Source: an uncultured delta proteobacterium
GTDB lineage: Bacteria; Desulfobacterota; Desulfomonilia; Desulfomonilales; Desulfomonilaceae
Assembly: GCA_963789265.1 (NCBI GenBank)
Contig: CAWBKB010000005.1
Location: 96,001-160,000, forward strand
Length of the DNA: 64,000 nucleotides
Direction of reading: 5' to 3'
The position numbers and the translations under genes were made by a program. Positions 40,568 through 49,423 of the stretch are shown piece after piece. Each line of letters begins with the position of its first letter. Position 1 is the first letter of the stretch. The notes under the pieces were generated by a model. That model was not told where the DNA came from, did no database searches, and saw only the letters and a program-made list of their open reading frames with translations.

Positions 40568-41629
40568 TCACCGGACATAACCGATACCTTTCACTCTCAC
40601 GATATTTCCGTCGACCTCTGCATTCACACCCAGCATCTTTTGCACCAGCCAGAGGTTGGCTGTCACATGCTCAGTTACCCGTGGGATGGTATATTCGCTC
40701 ACGCCATCTGCCAGCGCCGCAAACAGGATCAACTGATCGGCCAGATAGCGGTCGGTGGCTGCTCCGGAATCGAGGTCCTCGAGGAGGGATCGGGCGACAA
40801 AATCCGCAATGGCTTCAGATTTTCGGCCAAGTTTGCCGGCCTGATCCGCACCCAACAGACAGCCGGTGTCTGTCTCCGCCCAGACAATGAGCGCAGCCCC
40901 TCTTTGAGCAGCGGCCGAATCTTCCATCACCTGTATATCCTCATCGTAGCCCCTTTCCTTCAGGATAGCCGCGCATCGGTCAGCCATTCTGTGGCTAACA
41001 TGCTGCTCTCTCAGATGAGATGAAAGCGCAATTCCTCGGATTATGCGTACGGCCCCTTGTTCGGCCATGCGCAAAGGCTTGAGGGGCGAGCGAATAGGAC
41101 TTACCACCACTCTCAGCGTGCCGCCTCCTTTTGGAACGTATCCGGGCCTCAGCATGTCCGGCGTTACATCCGCGCCCATGCGTTGAAGAAGCGGCAACAG
41201 GACCTTTTGCATGTGGAAAAAGCTGGGAGCAAAATCCTGAAAGAGACCGCCCGTGATGGTGAGTCGCGATGTTTGATGAGCAAACAGACAAGATGGGATC
41301 AAAGTGAAACCGGCCATGGTAGCGGAACCGGCCGTTCCTATGTCAAAATCGAAATCTCCACCCTCTATCGTTTCTCCCGGCCGATAGACAATCTCCTGAG
41401 AACCGACTTCAGCGCCTTCCACTTCCCCTCCTGAGATGGCGCAGCACGACGTCAAGGCAATCAGGTGCTGGGCCCGCAGCCCGGGCTTGGGGCGTTTAGC
41501 GCGAATGCGCGTCATGTGCAGGGGTTCCCCTGTCAGAGTGGCCAAAGCTACGGCATACCTCAGGAGAGTTCCACTTCCAGAAAGAATTGAGCCGTCGATC
41601 TCACGCATGAGCCTGACTCCCGGAGCCAC
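40568..41629 (-). CDS. rtcA: RNA 3'-terminal phosphate cyclase
   Basis: IDGS..SGSG..LR, IRAKRPKPGLRAQH, DIGTAGS, PKGGG, LADQL, TEHVTANL. Confidence 0.9.
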   Translation of the reverse strand: MAPGVRLMREIDGSILSGSGTLLRYAVALATLTGEPLHMTRIRAKRPKPGLRAQHLIALTSCCAISGGEVEGAEVGSQEIVYRPGETIEGGDFDFDIGTAGSATMAGFTLIPSCLFAHQTSRLTITGGLFQDFAPSFFHMQKVLLPLLQRMGADVTPDMLRPGYVPKGGGTLRVVVSPIRSPLKPLRMAEQGAVRIIRGIALSSHLREQHVSHRMADRCAAILKERGYDEDIQVMEDSAAAQRGAALIVWAETDTGCLLGADQAGKLGRKSEAIADFVARSLLEDLDSGAATDRYLADQLILFAALADGVSEYTIPRVTEHVTANLWLVQKMLGVNAEVDGNIVRVKGIGYVR

Positions 41630-41751
41630 CGCTGATTACCAATTGGTTTAATGTAATTCGGAACGTGCAAACCGACAATGAAAAGATGTATGGGCTCGGA
41701 ACAAGCATTTGCTATAGTGCATGGTATCATTGAAGGTGAAAGGAGGAATCA

Positions 41752-41958
41752 ATGCCCTACGTCAACATCAGGATTACAAAGGACACGACCACCCCGGAAC
41801 AGAAGGTCGAACTCATTCGAGGCGTTACACAACTTTTGGTCGATGTGCTCGGTAAGGACCCGCAAACTACCTTTGTTGTGATTGATGAAGTAGATACGGA
41901 TAATTGGGGCGTTGCAGGTCAGAGCGTCACAGAAAGGCGCCGGGCTTCACGCAAGTAG
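41752..41958 (+). CDS. 4-oxalocrotonate tautomerase family protein
   Basis: N-terminal Pro (MPYVNIRIT), EQK..LI, DNWGVAG; AGGAGG RBS. Confidence 0.92.
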   Translation: MPYVNIRITKDTTTPEQKVELIRGVTQLLVDVLGKDPQTTFVVIDEVDTDNWGVAGQSVTERRRASRK

Positions 41959-41992
41959 CTGCAAAGATATTCCCCGACTGAGGAGAGCCACG

Positions 41993-42449
41993 ATGGATAA
42001 GATTTCGCAACGCGCCGGAGAGGTTTTTGAATCCGGATACTATTGTGCTGAAAGTGTTCTACTTGCTGTAGCGGAAAGCCGAGGGATCGAATCAGAATTG
42101 ATTCCCAGGATCGCGACGGGATTCTGCGGCGGTATGTCAAGAACCTGTGGCACGTGCGGAGCCGTAAGTGGAGGCGTCATGGCGATTGGTTTGTGCCTGG
42201 GGAGGACTGCTCCAGGCGAGTCCGTTGCGCCTGCGTACAGCGCTGTCGGAAAGTTCTCGGAGAAGTTCAAAGCGCGGTTTGGCTCAATCAATTGCAAGGA
42301 CCTGACCGGATGCGATCTCAGGTACAGAAGCAGGGCAAAACTACTTCAAGTCCTACAACATCAGGAAGCAATGCAAGGGCTACACGGAGGAGGCCGCGCG
42401 AATCGCTATGTTGCTGATCGAGGAGAAACTTGGCAATCCGGGCACGTGA
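41993..42449 (+). CDS. C_GCAxxG_C_C family putative redox protein; +1 frameshift at about 42321
   Basis: YYCAESV, TCGAVSGG, INCKDLTGCDL. Removing one base continues STEAGQNYF...QCKGYTEEAA to a stop at 42449. Confidence 0.85.
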
Positions 42450-42478
42450 CCAGATTTCAGAAAAATTCACGGTAGTTC

Positions 42479-42509
42479 CCGGCAAATCTCATAGATAGAG
42501 ATTTGCCGG
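42479..42509. terminator. Bidirectional hairpin between convergent genes
   Basis: CCGGCAAATCTC-N7-GAGATTTGCCGG, perfect 12-bp stem. Confidence 0.65.
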
Positions 42510-42537
42510 AAACGGCGTCAGTCCATCCGGCCCAATG

Positions 42538-43095
42538 CTACACGCTCGGATGGGAAATTGTGTGGGACTCTTGGCTCACCTGTCTTCCCGGCATGCCTGG
42601 CGTGACCTCAAGAGCCTCCAAAATCTCTCGCATGTGATCGATATGCGAACCAAGATGCTCTTCACCGATTGTGCGTGCCCACACTGCAAGGGTGGGATAC
42701 TCACCTATCGGGGTTTCCTTTAGCAATGGAACATGAGCCTTCCGGTTGAGTTCTTCTTCTGACAAACCTTCCACGAATTCTGCAATGCGGCCGTATTCCT
42801 CTCCAAACTCTGCGAGAAGTTCAGCAAAAGACATGCGGGCTCGATTCTCGGAAAAGAAAGGATCCTCGGTCTCGATGTCAAGCCGAGGAATATCTTTTTC
42901 CACGAACACGGAAAAAGTCGGCATCATTCCCGCACCCTCGGGACCGCACAGATGTGAGACGACCTGTTTAGGTGACCAGCGGTCGGAAGGTGCACGAGAA
43001 GCTGTTTCCTCGTCGATTCCCTCGCATACTTCTTTGAACGCAGCCACGTTTTGGTGGATGAGTTCAGACAATTGGACGCCTTCGTTTGTTGGCAT
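42538..43095 (-). CDS. DinB/YfiT-family protein
   Basis: RWSPKQVVSHL and HLGSH His motifs; AAGGAG RBS. Confidence 0.8.
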   Translation of the reverse strand: MPTNEGVQLSELIHQNVAAFKEVCEGIDEETASRAPSDRWSPKQVVSHLCGPEGAGMMPTFSVFVEKDIPRLDIETEDPFFSENRARMSFAELLAEFGEEYGRIAEFVEGLSEEELNRKAHVPLLKETPIGEYPTLAVWARTIGEEHLGSHIDHMREILEALEVTPGMPGRQVSQESHTISHPSV

Positions 43096-43476
43096 TGCAC
43101 TTATCTCCTTTCGAGTTACCGCGAAATCAGTCTTGATACATCAAATTTAGTACCGTGCCGTTGCCGAGGTAATAGGCGGAGTGCTTATTAAACGAACCGA
43201 CACCGTTTTGGATCTAGTCCGGAAAGCTTTCCCTTTGCCTTTAAGAGTGAAAAGGAGCAATTTCTCCGAGTCACGATCACAAATCGCCCGATAGCCTTCA
43301 CAATCCGCGACCACACTTGAGAATCTATGCACCGGCCTAGAATTTGTGCGACTTGATGGCGAACAGAAAGGATACTATACTGCGTGACAGTCTTATTTGG
43401 TTTTCCGCTTGGAACTGTCGGGCATTGTGGGACAGCTTGCTCATGATTAGTCCCTAATTCTCGGTCCTGGTTTGCA

Positions 43477-44337
43477 ATGAAGGATGGTAGTGGATTCATA
43501 GGCATTTTCGACTCCGGCGTCGGTGGACTCAGTGTGTGGCGTGAAATAGCTCTCCAACTGCCATACGAATCTACCCTTTATCTGGCCGATCAGGCTCACG
43601 TGCCGTACGGTTCCCGTTCCTTGACAGAGGTTCGCGAATTTGCGGAAGGGATAACACGGTTTTTGATGGCCCAAGGCGCCAAGATCGTAGTCATTGCCAG
43701 CAATACGAGTTCGGCCGCCGCGCTGTATCATCTACGTAATCTGTTTCCAGACGTCCCTTTTGTGGGCATGGAACCGGCTCTCAAACCTGCCATTGAGCGA
43801 ACTCGAACCGGTGTCGTGGGTGTCATTGCCACCACGGCCACTTTTCAAGGGGAGCCCTTTGCCAACCTGATCAGGCGATACACAAATGGTGTGTCCGTAG
43901 TCTCCCAAGCCTGCCCGGGTCTCGTAGACGCGGTCGAGACGGGCGCGTTGGACAGCCCCGAAACTACTGCTCTGCTGGAGAGATACCTCTCACCAATGAT
44001 TGAAGCCGACGTGGACCAATTGGTGCTCGGTTGCACTCACTATCCTTTCCTCCGACCAATTATTGAAAAATGGATGGGCCCAGGCACGGAAGTGATAGAT
44101 CCTGCTCCTTCTGTTGCTCGCCGGGTTGCGCATATACTTGCAAAAGCCAACCGGAAAGCGACGTCTGATTCGGCCTCGAGCCGAAACCGGAACTTTGAGG
44201 GGCGTCACATTTTTTATACCAGCGGGGATACGGCTGCCTTCACAAGGATGATCGAGCGGCTGGTGTTTCCAGTTGCAGGCAGTTACCCGGATGTGCGCGC
44301 AGTTGCTTGGCAAGCAGGCTTAAAGCGCATTTTCTAA
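43477..44337 (+). CDS. murI: Glutamate racemase
   Basis: FDSGVGGLSV, PYG, IASNT (Ser in place of the usual first catalytic Cys), LVLGCTHYP. Confidence 0.88.
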   Translation: MKDGSGFIGIFDSGVGGLSVWREIALQLPYESTLYLADQAHVPYGSRSLTEVREFAEGITRFLMAQGAKIVVIASNTSSAAALYHLRNLFPDVPFVGMEPALKPAIERTRTGVVGVIATTATFQGEPFANLIRRYTNGVSVVSQACPGLVDAVETGALDSPETTALLERYLSPMIEADVDQLVLGCTHYPFLRPIIEKWMGPGTEVIDPAPSVARRVAHILAKANRKATSDSASSRNRNFEGRHIFYTSGDTAAFTRMIERLVFPVAGSYPDVRAVAWQAGLKRIF

Positions 44338-44356
44338 GTACGGTGCGCATTGCACG

Positions 44357-44414
44357 GTAGATCCGGCCTCCGCGCCGGTCTCTCGGAAATCGCCGGCACG
44401 GAGGCCGGATCTAC
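44357..44414. repeat. REP-like GTAG-type palindromic element between convergent genes
   Basis: GTAGATCCGGCCTCCGCGCCGG-N14-CCGGCACGGAGGCCGGATCTAC; 22-bp arms with one mismatch. Confidence 0.75.
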
Positions 44415-44468
44415 TTAGAGCGATTGCCAAGAATATCCACCTGTAACGATACGAGGATGTATTAGGGG

Positions 44469-44969
44469 CTACCTGACACCGAACAAACCGGGGAAGCACA
44501 CGGCTGCCAGATGCAAGAATCCTGCTGCGTACAGCGACGCGATAAGGTCATCCCCGAGAATGCCCCAGCCATAGGGAAGGTGTTCCATTTTGGAGGCCGG
44601 CCAAGGTTTAATAATGTCAAAAACCCTCGTAACTACGAACGCCCAGATGATAGTCACAGCAAGACTCGGAACTCTGAAGAGCAATACAGTTACGAAGAAG
44701 CCTGCAAGCTCATCCAGAACAAAATATCTGGGGTCCTTTCTATTCCAGTAGTGTTCGGCCCACTTCCCGAGAAGCACTGCCATAATACAGGTCACGACGA
44801 GAGCCGCTGCAATTAAAGGCGTTTCCAGTTGCTCGCGCCCGAATAGTTTAATAATGACAAAGACAATCACTGCGGCTAGGCTGGCCACCGTCCCTGGAGC
44901 TACCGGCGAATAACCGAGCCACAATGATGTGCAAAGGGCCTCACGAATGCGATCTTGCCATGTTGCCAT
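44469..44969 (-). CDS. pgpA: Phosphatidylglycerophosphatase A
   Basis: APGTVAS, DP..FVLDE, FDIIKPWP, GILGDDLIA. Confidence 0.92.
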   Translation of the reverse strand: MATWQDRIREALCTSLWLGYSPVAPGTVASLAAVIVFVIIKLFGREQLETPLIAAALVVTCIMAVLLGKWAEHYWNRKDPRYFVLDELAGFFVTVLLFRVPSLAVTIIWAFVVTRVFDIIKPWPASKMEHLPYGWGILGDDLIASLYAAGFLHLAAVCFPGLFGVR

Positions 44970-45068
44970 AAGTTAACCGGGGAGGATTAATGTGCTATAA
45001 AACCATTCTGGAAAACGGACGGGACGGGTCACGTACCCATTCACTTCCGCAAGGAATCTTCTGTGCTT

Positions 45069-45147
45069 TGTCATTGCGAGAAGCGAAGCGACGAAGCAAT
45101 CTAAACTGCCTCTCAAAGTAAAGATTGCTTCGCTTCTCGCAATGACA
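45069..45147. repeat. Dispersed palindromic element (GTCATTGCGAG...CTCGCAATGAC type)
   Basis: Outer arms TGTCATTGCGAGAAGCGAAGC / GCTTCGCTTCTCGCAATGACA; inner CGAAGCAATCT / AGATTGCTTCG. Confidence 0.75.
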
Positions 45148-45278
45148 GTCGTTCAGGCTCGTACGTGAATGCTTGCCGAATTTCGTCAGAGAAACCTCGG
45201 CTGCTTTGACTGAAATTCTTATACAAAAAATTTGGGAACGTCTACCTAATTAAGTTTTACTGAGTATGGGAGGATACC

Positions 45279-45929
45279 CTGGAGTCTACGAACAAGAAGC
45301 TGATTCTCGCAAGACATGGTGAGACGATTTTCAATCGTGACGGATTTATCATGGGCCGAAGCGATTCTGCGCTCACGCCCCGAGGTCTCAAAGCAGCTAA
45401 GCAGGTGGCCGGGATTGTTCAATGCCAGGGAATCCGCACGGTTTTTTCCAGCTCTTTGGGAAGAGCTCGTTTGAGCGCGCAGATATACACGGAGGGGATG
45501 GGGCTTCCCATACATGTGCGAGATGCTATGGCGGAACTTTGCTGCGGTGATTGGGAGGGAAAGCGGCGCAGCGAGGTCCTGAAGGAGGAGCACCTTATCC
45601 GGAATACCTGGCAGGACAAACCTCCCGGTGGAGAGAGCTATTCGGATGCCGAAACGCGGGTTTCGCAGTTCATCCGGGAAATAACGTCGGAATGGGTTCA
45701 GTATCCCGTTCTCGTGGTAGCCCACGCGAGCGTGAATCGAGTATTCCTAAAGCTGTGGTCGGGCCTGGACGCGCAGTGCGCCATCATAATCAACTGCCCG
45801 CACGATACGGTTTATATTATTGAAGAACGGCGGAGAATTGTCGCTCGGTCCGTCAGCGGCTCTCAGACCGAGGGCTTTCTATTCCACCTGGAGAGAGTCC
45901 CGAGTAACCAAGACCGGCATTGCGGGTAA
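45279..45929 (+). CDS. Histidine phosphatase (PGM/CobC family)
   Basis: Catalytic LARHGET lies upstream of the tracked ATG 45351; also SSLGRA, GDWEG, GGES, VVAH. In-frame CTG at 45279 follows GGAGG. Confidence 0.85.
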   Translation: MESTNKKLILARHGETIFNRDGFIMGRSDSALTPRGLKAAKQVAGIVQCQGIRTVFSSSLGRARLSAQIYTEGMGLPIHVRDAMAELCCGDWEGKRRSEVLKEEHLIRNTWQDKPPGGESYSDAETRVSQFIREITSEWVQYPVLVVAHASVNRVFLKLWSGLDAQCAIIINCPHDTVYIIEERRRIVARSVSGSQTEGFLFHLERVPSNQDRHCG

Positions 45930-46763
45930 CTCCCTTACCGTGAGGGGGGCAAAGGGGACCCGCTGAACGATCCGCTTCGACATCTCGGCCTTTATGATGA
46001 TGTTCCACCCAAAACGGTTGTACGGGAAGATCCTGCCAAGCTTCTTGTCTATCCAGCTCAAAGCGTCCAGCCTCAGAAACATTTTTTTTGAAGACGGCAA
46101 TGGAGGAAGCTTGTACGGGACGATGTAGATTGATCTCCACGATACCACCCGAAAGCCCGCGGCCTCCAACTTCCTACGCAAACTCATCGGGGTGTAAAAA
46201 CGCAAGTGAGTTTCATCCCACCCAAACCATTCTTTATTTCCCCGAATTACACGATGATATGTGCCTTGAAGCAGATAATTGAGCGACAGGGAATTCTGAG
46301 TGCTCAAAACTATTCGCCCGCCCGGAACGAGAGAGGCCGCAGCAGCTCCAAGTAGGCCCTGATCGTCCCGGACATGTTCGATCACATCTTTCATGAGGAC
46401 GACGTCGAAACGGCGACGGGAAGAAAATGACGGGAAGTCCTCGCTTCGAATGAAAGTGCACAAATGGTGGACTCTTTCCTCTCGAGCAAAATGTATGGCG
46501 GTAGAAAGCGCAGCAGGCTCTGCATCTACCCCAACGATGTCCGACGCGCCTTCAAGTGCAGCGTGTACGGTAAACATCCCCGCGCCGCAGCCATAGTCGA
46601 GAAACCGTTTTCCCTTCAAATCTCCGAGCAGTTCCAGGATGAAAGCGTTCTTGGCTCGACTGTAAGCCTTGTCCTGTTGATCCAGATATGCTGCAAGAGC
46701 CTTTTTAGGATCGTGGGATCTCAGCCAGTGGCCGTCCGGGTATGTGTTTCTTTGGGGGTCCAT
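45879..46763 (-). CDS. Class I SAM-dependent methyltransferase
   Basis: LDYGCGAG, DVIEHV, PGGRIVLST, HLRFYT. Confidence 0.88.
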   Translation of the reverse strand: MDPQRNTYPDGHWLRSHDPKKALAAYLDQQDKAYSRAKNAFILELLGDLKGKRFLDYGCGAGMFTVHAALEGASDIVGVDAEPAALSTAIHFAREERVHHLCTFIRSEDFPSFSSRRRFDVVLMKDVIEHVRDDQGLLGAAAASLVPGGRIVLSTQNSLSLNYLLQGTYHRVIRGNKEWFGWDETHLRFYTPMSLRRKLEAAGFRVVSWRSIYIVPYKLPPLPSSKKMFLRLDALSWIDKKLGRIFPYNRFGWNIIIKAEMSKRIVQRVPFAPLTVRELPAMPVLVTRDSLQVE

Positions 46764-47957
46764 CTAAAACTTCACGAGTTCCCGATATAAGCTCTCCCAG
46801 GCATCTCTCTCTCGCGCCGGCGAGAACTCTTCCATTTTATGCCTCGCTGCTTCGCCGAGGGATTCGGCGAGCCCGGGAGTTGTCATAATTTCCGTAAGAG
46901 CGCAGGCCAGAGCGTCGGAATCACCCCACGGAACCAAAAGACCGGTGATACGATCTTCTGCAAGTGTCTCAACCGCGCCTGTGCGTGTCGCGATGGAGGG
47001 CACTCCAGATGCCATTGCTTCCATTAGTATATTAGGACATCCTTCGGACACAGACGAGAGGACAAACACATCGAGGCTCCGAAGCCACTCCGGCACTCGT
47101 TCGTGCGGAATAGCTTTTGTAAAACTTAAGATATCCTCTATTCCGGTCCTGTGAACCATTTGATGGAAAACTTCCTGCTCCGATTCCCTCAATTCCCCAA
47201 GAAGTTCCAAGACTAGTGGCCGCTGCTGTTTGAGCCGTGCCGCGGCCTTGAACATATACGGCAATCCCTTAGCATACTTAAATATTCCTGCACACCCTAT
47301 TCGAAAGCATTCGTTATCGCTTTTCGGGCGTGACCAAACTTTCTCAGGGAGGTCCACAGAATTATAAATAATCCGGGACTTGTGTTCGATGGGAGTAAGA
47401 GCATGGGCCATTTCCACCAGGTCCCGGCTGAGCGCGACCACTCTATCCGCGTTTTCCAGGCCGCTTCGGCACGCGCTCACCTTTTCCGGGCTGAAGATAT
47501 ACTTCTTCACGTCATTGCCTACAACCGTGAGCACCGACGGTATGCCCGCTCGACGTGCCAGCAGTCCGGTTACGTACCCAGCCGGCCATAAGAAAAAGGA
47601 ATGAAAAAAATCAAACGCCTCCTGCCGATGGAGTATCTCCAGCGACTGATACATCATCTGCAACGTGAGAGTGTGCGGACAATCCCACAAACTTCGCCCC
47701 GAATCAATAATCCTTTCCCTCCCTAACGCCAATCTGTGGAGTGTGATTCCGTCTAATTGGCGGGTCTGCCGGTTCTCGTCCAAGAGTACAAAATCCTGCT
47801 CCGCTATTTCAAGCTGGGCAACGTGGACTTCAAGGCCCATGTTTGCGGCGTGTCGGGCCACTCTCTCGACGGTTCTGGCCAGTCCGCCCCATTGGGCGGG
47901 TGGAAATTCAGGGGTCGTTATACAAAATTTTGCTCGTTTCTCTCGGATCTTGTTCAT
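46764..47957 (-). CDS. GT4-family glycosyltransferase
   Basis: EFPPAQWGG, IYNSVD, KG, EGCPNILMEAMASG. Confidence 0.9.
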   Translation of the reverse strand: MNKIREKRAKFCITTPEFPPAQWGGLARTVERVARHAANMGLEVHVAQLEIAEQDFVLLDENRQTRQLDGITLHRLALGRERIIDSGRSLWDCPHTLTLQMMYQSLEILHRQEAFDFFHSFFLWPAGYVTGLLARRAGIPSVLTVVGNDVKKYIFSPEKVSACRSGLENADRVVALSRDLVEMAHALTPIEHKSRIIYNSVDLPEKVWSRPKSDNECFRIGCAGIFKYAKGLPYMFKAAARLKQQRPLVLELLGELRESEQEVFHQMVHRTGIEDILSFTKAIPHERVPEWLRSLDVFVLSSVSEGCPNILMEAMASGVPSIATRTGAVETLAEDRITGLLVPWGDSDALACALTEIMTTPGLAESLGEAARHKMEEFSPARERDAWESLYRELVKF

Positions 47958-48118
47958 CTAGACGGCTTCTGTTTTCGCTTTCCAGTACTCTGATGAGTTG
48001 CATACTCTGAGAAATATTTCTATCATCCGGGTGAAAGAACGGGAAGAATTACTTCATACAATACCTTAGACATGGCGACTCTTCGCCGGGTTTCCGCGTC
48101 TTCAAAGCACGGGTCAGT

Positions 48119-49219
48119 ATGCGCATCGGAATCGTCTTCCATAAGAATCCCTTTGCCCCGCCCACAGGCATTGATCTCGTCCGTCTACGTGCCATTTCCC
48201 TCGGGCTTATACGCAAGGGCGTAAGCACTGAAATTGTAGCACCGATTGACTGCGAAGGCATGCTGGAAGGAATCGTACCTGTAAGACGCGTTGACGCCCT
48301 TGAAGAGGCCGGCCGTTACGATCTCGTCAAGACCTGTTATCATGATTCGATCTTGCTGATCGAGCCCTACCGGGGCCCTGTTGTTTCGCGCATCGTCAGG
48401 GTAGTGGACAAGGAACTGCCGGAAAGAGACGCGCCTTTTCGTGAGAAGCTCCTTCGCTGCCAGGCCCTCATCCGAGATCGGGCTTCCGCGGTGGTCTTGA
48501 ACAACGTGGAAAATCAGGAGCGCTGGAAGAGTTTCTATGGTGAAGACTTGCCGATTGCTCTGATTCCCACAGGTTGCCTCGCGCATATTTCGCTGCCGGG
48601 CCCGAATCCATACACCCCGGGCGAGCGCACTTTGCTGTTCCTGGGAAGTCTCGCGGCTCCCCGTATGGTTCGGATGCTAAATCAGGCGGCCCGTTTGTTG
48701 CGCGATAGAGTCCGCGTTCACCTTGTGGGAATAAACAAGGCATGCATGTACGGAGGCGCTGAAAAGAATTGCACGCTTGATCCGCTAGTAGTCGATCACG
48801 GCGAGCTACCTGAAAAACGGGTCTGGGACTATATCCGTTATGCTAACGTCGGGCTGGCGTTGGCCGCGGGGCCGCACGCGTTCGACAACGACGTATCCAA
48901 GATTCTGAACTATTTGCGAGGCGGACTACCCGCGGTGTCCGAGGAACCTGTGCTCACCAACGAACTTATTCGGCAGACAGGATATGGAAGGACTTTCGCG
49001 TTTGAAGATGTCGAAGATCTGGTGTCCAAGACTCTGGAGTTGATCGAGAACCCGCTCACCGAAAAGAGAGATGAGGTCATGAGGTTCATGGCCGCGGAAC
49101 ATTCGTGGGACAAGAGGGTTGATACCTATGTGGATCTGTTCCGCAAGGTCCTGACCAATAATGCCCCGGCATTGTGCGAATACGAAGACCTTGAGACGAA
49201 TCCATATTCCAAGGGGTAG
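48119..49219 (+). CDS. Divergent GT-B (GT4-like) glycosyltransferase
   Basis: LFLGSL, SKILNYLRGGLP (variant of K..EY.A.G.P), HSWDKRV..Y..LF. Confidence 0.7.
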   Translation: MRIGIVFHKNPFAPPTGIDLVRLRAISLGLIRKGVSTEIVAPIDCEGMLEGIVPVRRVDALEEAGRYDLVKTCYHDSILLIEPYRGPVVSRIVRVVDKELPERDAPFREKLLRCQALIRDRASAVVLNNVENQERWKSFYGEDLPIALIPTGCLAHISLPGPNPYTPGERTLLFLGSLAAPRMVRMLNQAARLLRDRVRVHLVGINKACMYGGAEKNCTLDPLVVDHGELPEKRVWDYIRYANVGLALAAGPHAFDNDVSKILNYLRGGLPAVSEEPVLTNELIRQTGYGRTFAFEDVEDLVSKTLELIENPLTEKRDEVMRFMAAEHSWDKRVDTYVDLFRKVLTNNAPALCEYEDLETNPYSKG

Positions 49220-49352
49220 GACGGCGAGTCTTCTTTATTAAGGCAGGTTTCTCCCAACCTGCTCCTAGCAACTCTAACGTTTGCCGGAATCCTCATTTCA
49301 CCGGCGGTGAAATGAGGATTCCGGCAAGGGCTAGAAGTTCTTGGAGAGGGGT

Positions 49353-49388
49353 TCGGGGAGGACCTTCTTTCAAGAAGGTCCTCCCCGA
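49353..49388. repeat. Strong intergenic hairpin (dispersed repeat or terminator)
   Basis: TCGGGGAGGACCTTCT-TTCA-AGAAGGTCCTCCCCGA, perfect 16-bp stem. Confidence 0.7.
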
Positions 49389-49423
49389 TTCTTCCTCCTT
49401 TGAAGATCAACCGGTAGGACAGC

